DNA of 64,000 nucleotides, from the NCBI GenBank assembly GCA_011109175.1, contig RDEW01000002.1, forward strand, positions 2,148,997 to 2,212,996, read 5' to 3'. The translations under genes were made by a program, and so were the position numbers. Shown piece by piece: positions 63,578 through 64,000 of the stretch (within the stretch, counting starts at the first letter, position 1; each line of letters starts with the position of its first letter). The notes under the pieces are model-generated. The model searched no databases, was not told where the DNA came from, and was given only the letters and a program-made list of their open reading frames with translations. The DNA comes from Dicyema japonicum (Eukaryota > Animalia > Dicyemida).

Positions 63578-64000
63578 GTATGGCTATTCCAATCTTTTGT
63601 CTTAGCAATAACCCTTCTCGTTGATCCCTTTTCTTTCTGGCAAGCAATTCTCCGAGTTCTCGCAAGAACCCAGCCGTCATTGGATCAACGGCTTCCGATG
63701 ATTCGGTCGCAACAGGAGTAAATCGGTAGCGATCCCCGAGGTAAGAATATTTCTTGATTTTTAAATTCTCCGCAGTCGAAGCAGCTGCTCCAGGTGTCTG
63801 AACCGATATGAAAATATTCGTGCTTGAGAACGTGTCTACAAAAGTTGCGTCTCAGACCAAAGATCTTCCAGACGTGAAGGGGAAAAGAGTCATCCCGTCA
63901 GGTCTCTTTCCATCTCCTCGATCAAGACCCACTGGTTCAACCTGTGCTGGGAAGCATGTAGCCTTCAGAACTCTGACGATCACATCGTTCAGAGCAGCAT
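63528..64000 (+). CDS. Possible 5' part of an unknown spliced gene running off the window
   Basis: Clear intron GTAAGA..CCGCAG (about 63741-63776) and an open frame to the window end; no consistent spliced ORF from the ATG could be built. Confidence 0.3.

Noticed and set aside
1-64000. Alternative genetic code or stop readthrough to explain fragmented ORFs
   Set aside because: Nearly all in-frame stops fall inside GT-AG micro-introns or after indels; long exons translate in the standard code.
1-64000. CRISPR arrays, tRNA, rRNA or prokaryotic operons
   Set aside because: None seen; the sequence is intron-rich eukaryotic DNA.

Overview
Eukaryotic nuclear DNA from a compact-genome animal (protocadherin-type cadherin plus STEEP1-, SWSAP1-, FOXRED1- and CAB39-like genes). 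Almost all introns are tiny, about 19-27 nt and GT-AG; dicyemid mesozoans are the animal group I know with this intron size, but the taxon is an inference. The ORF track is fragmented by these micro-introns, so I rebuilt genes by hand. Genes: WDR3/UTP12 (-), an unknown repeat protein (-), a protocadherin-like gene (+), an EST1/SMG7-like gene spanning a 685-N gap (-), DLAT (+), STEEP1/CXorf56 (+), an outer-arm beta-type axonemal dynein heavy chain with about 64 micro-introns (-), SWSAP1-like (+), FOXRED1-like (-), a GLUT/SLC2A transporter (-), HELQ (-), a minimal USP (-) and CAB39/MO25 (-). Between them lie several decayed non-LTR retrotransposons, one with a 2A-like 'DVKPNPGP' motif. Top observations: (1) a family of about 250-300 bp interspersed elements (8 recognisable copies, two subfamilies) with a shared GGCGCCATGT..ACGTGG head, a 3' hairpin and an AATAAA tail; one copy has a perfect 14-bp target-site duplication; (2) roughly 5-fold excess of the palindrome CACGTG, including inside exons in different frames; (3) many single-base lesions in conserved genes, most likely consensus errors but with recurring sequence contexts; (4) a 69-bp ATG-containing segment shared identically by two loci 59 kb apart. 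All counts and alignments were done by eye and from memory of the protein families; no searches were run.
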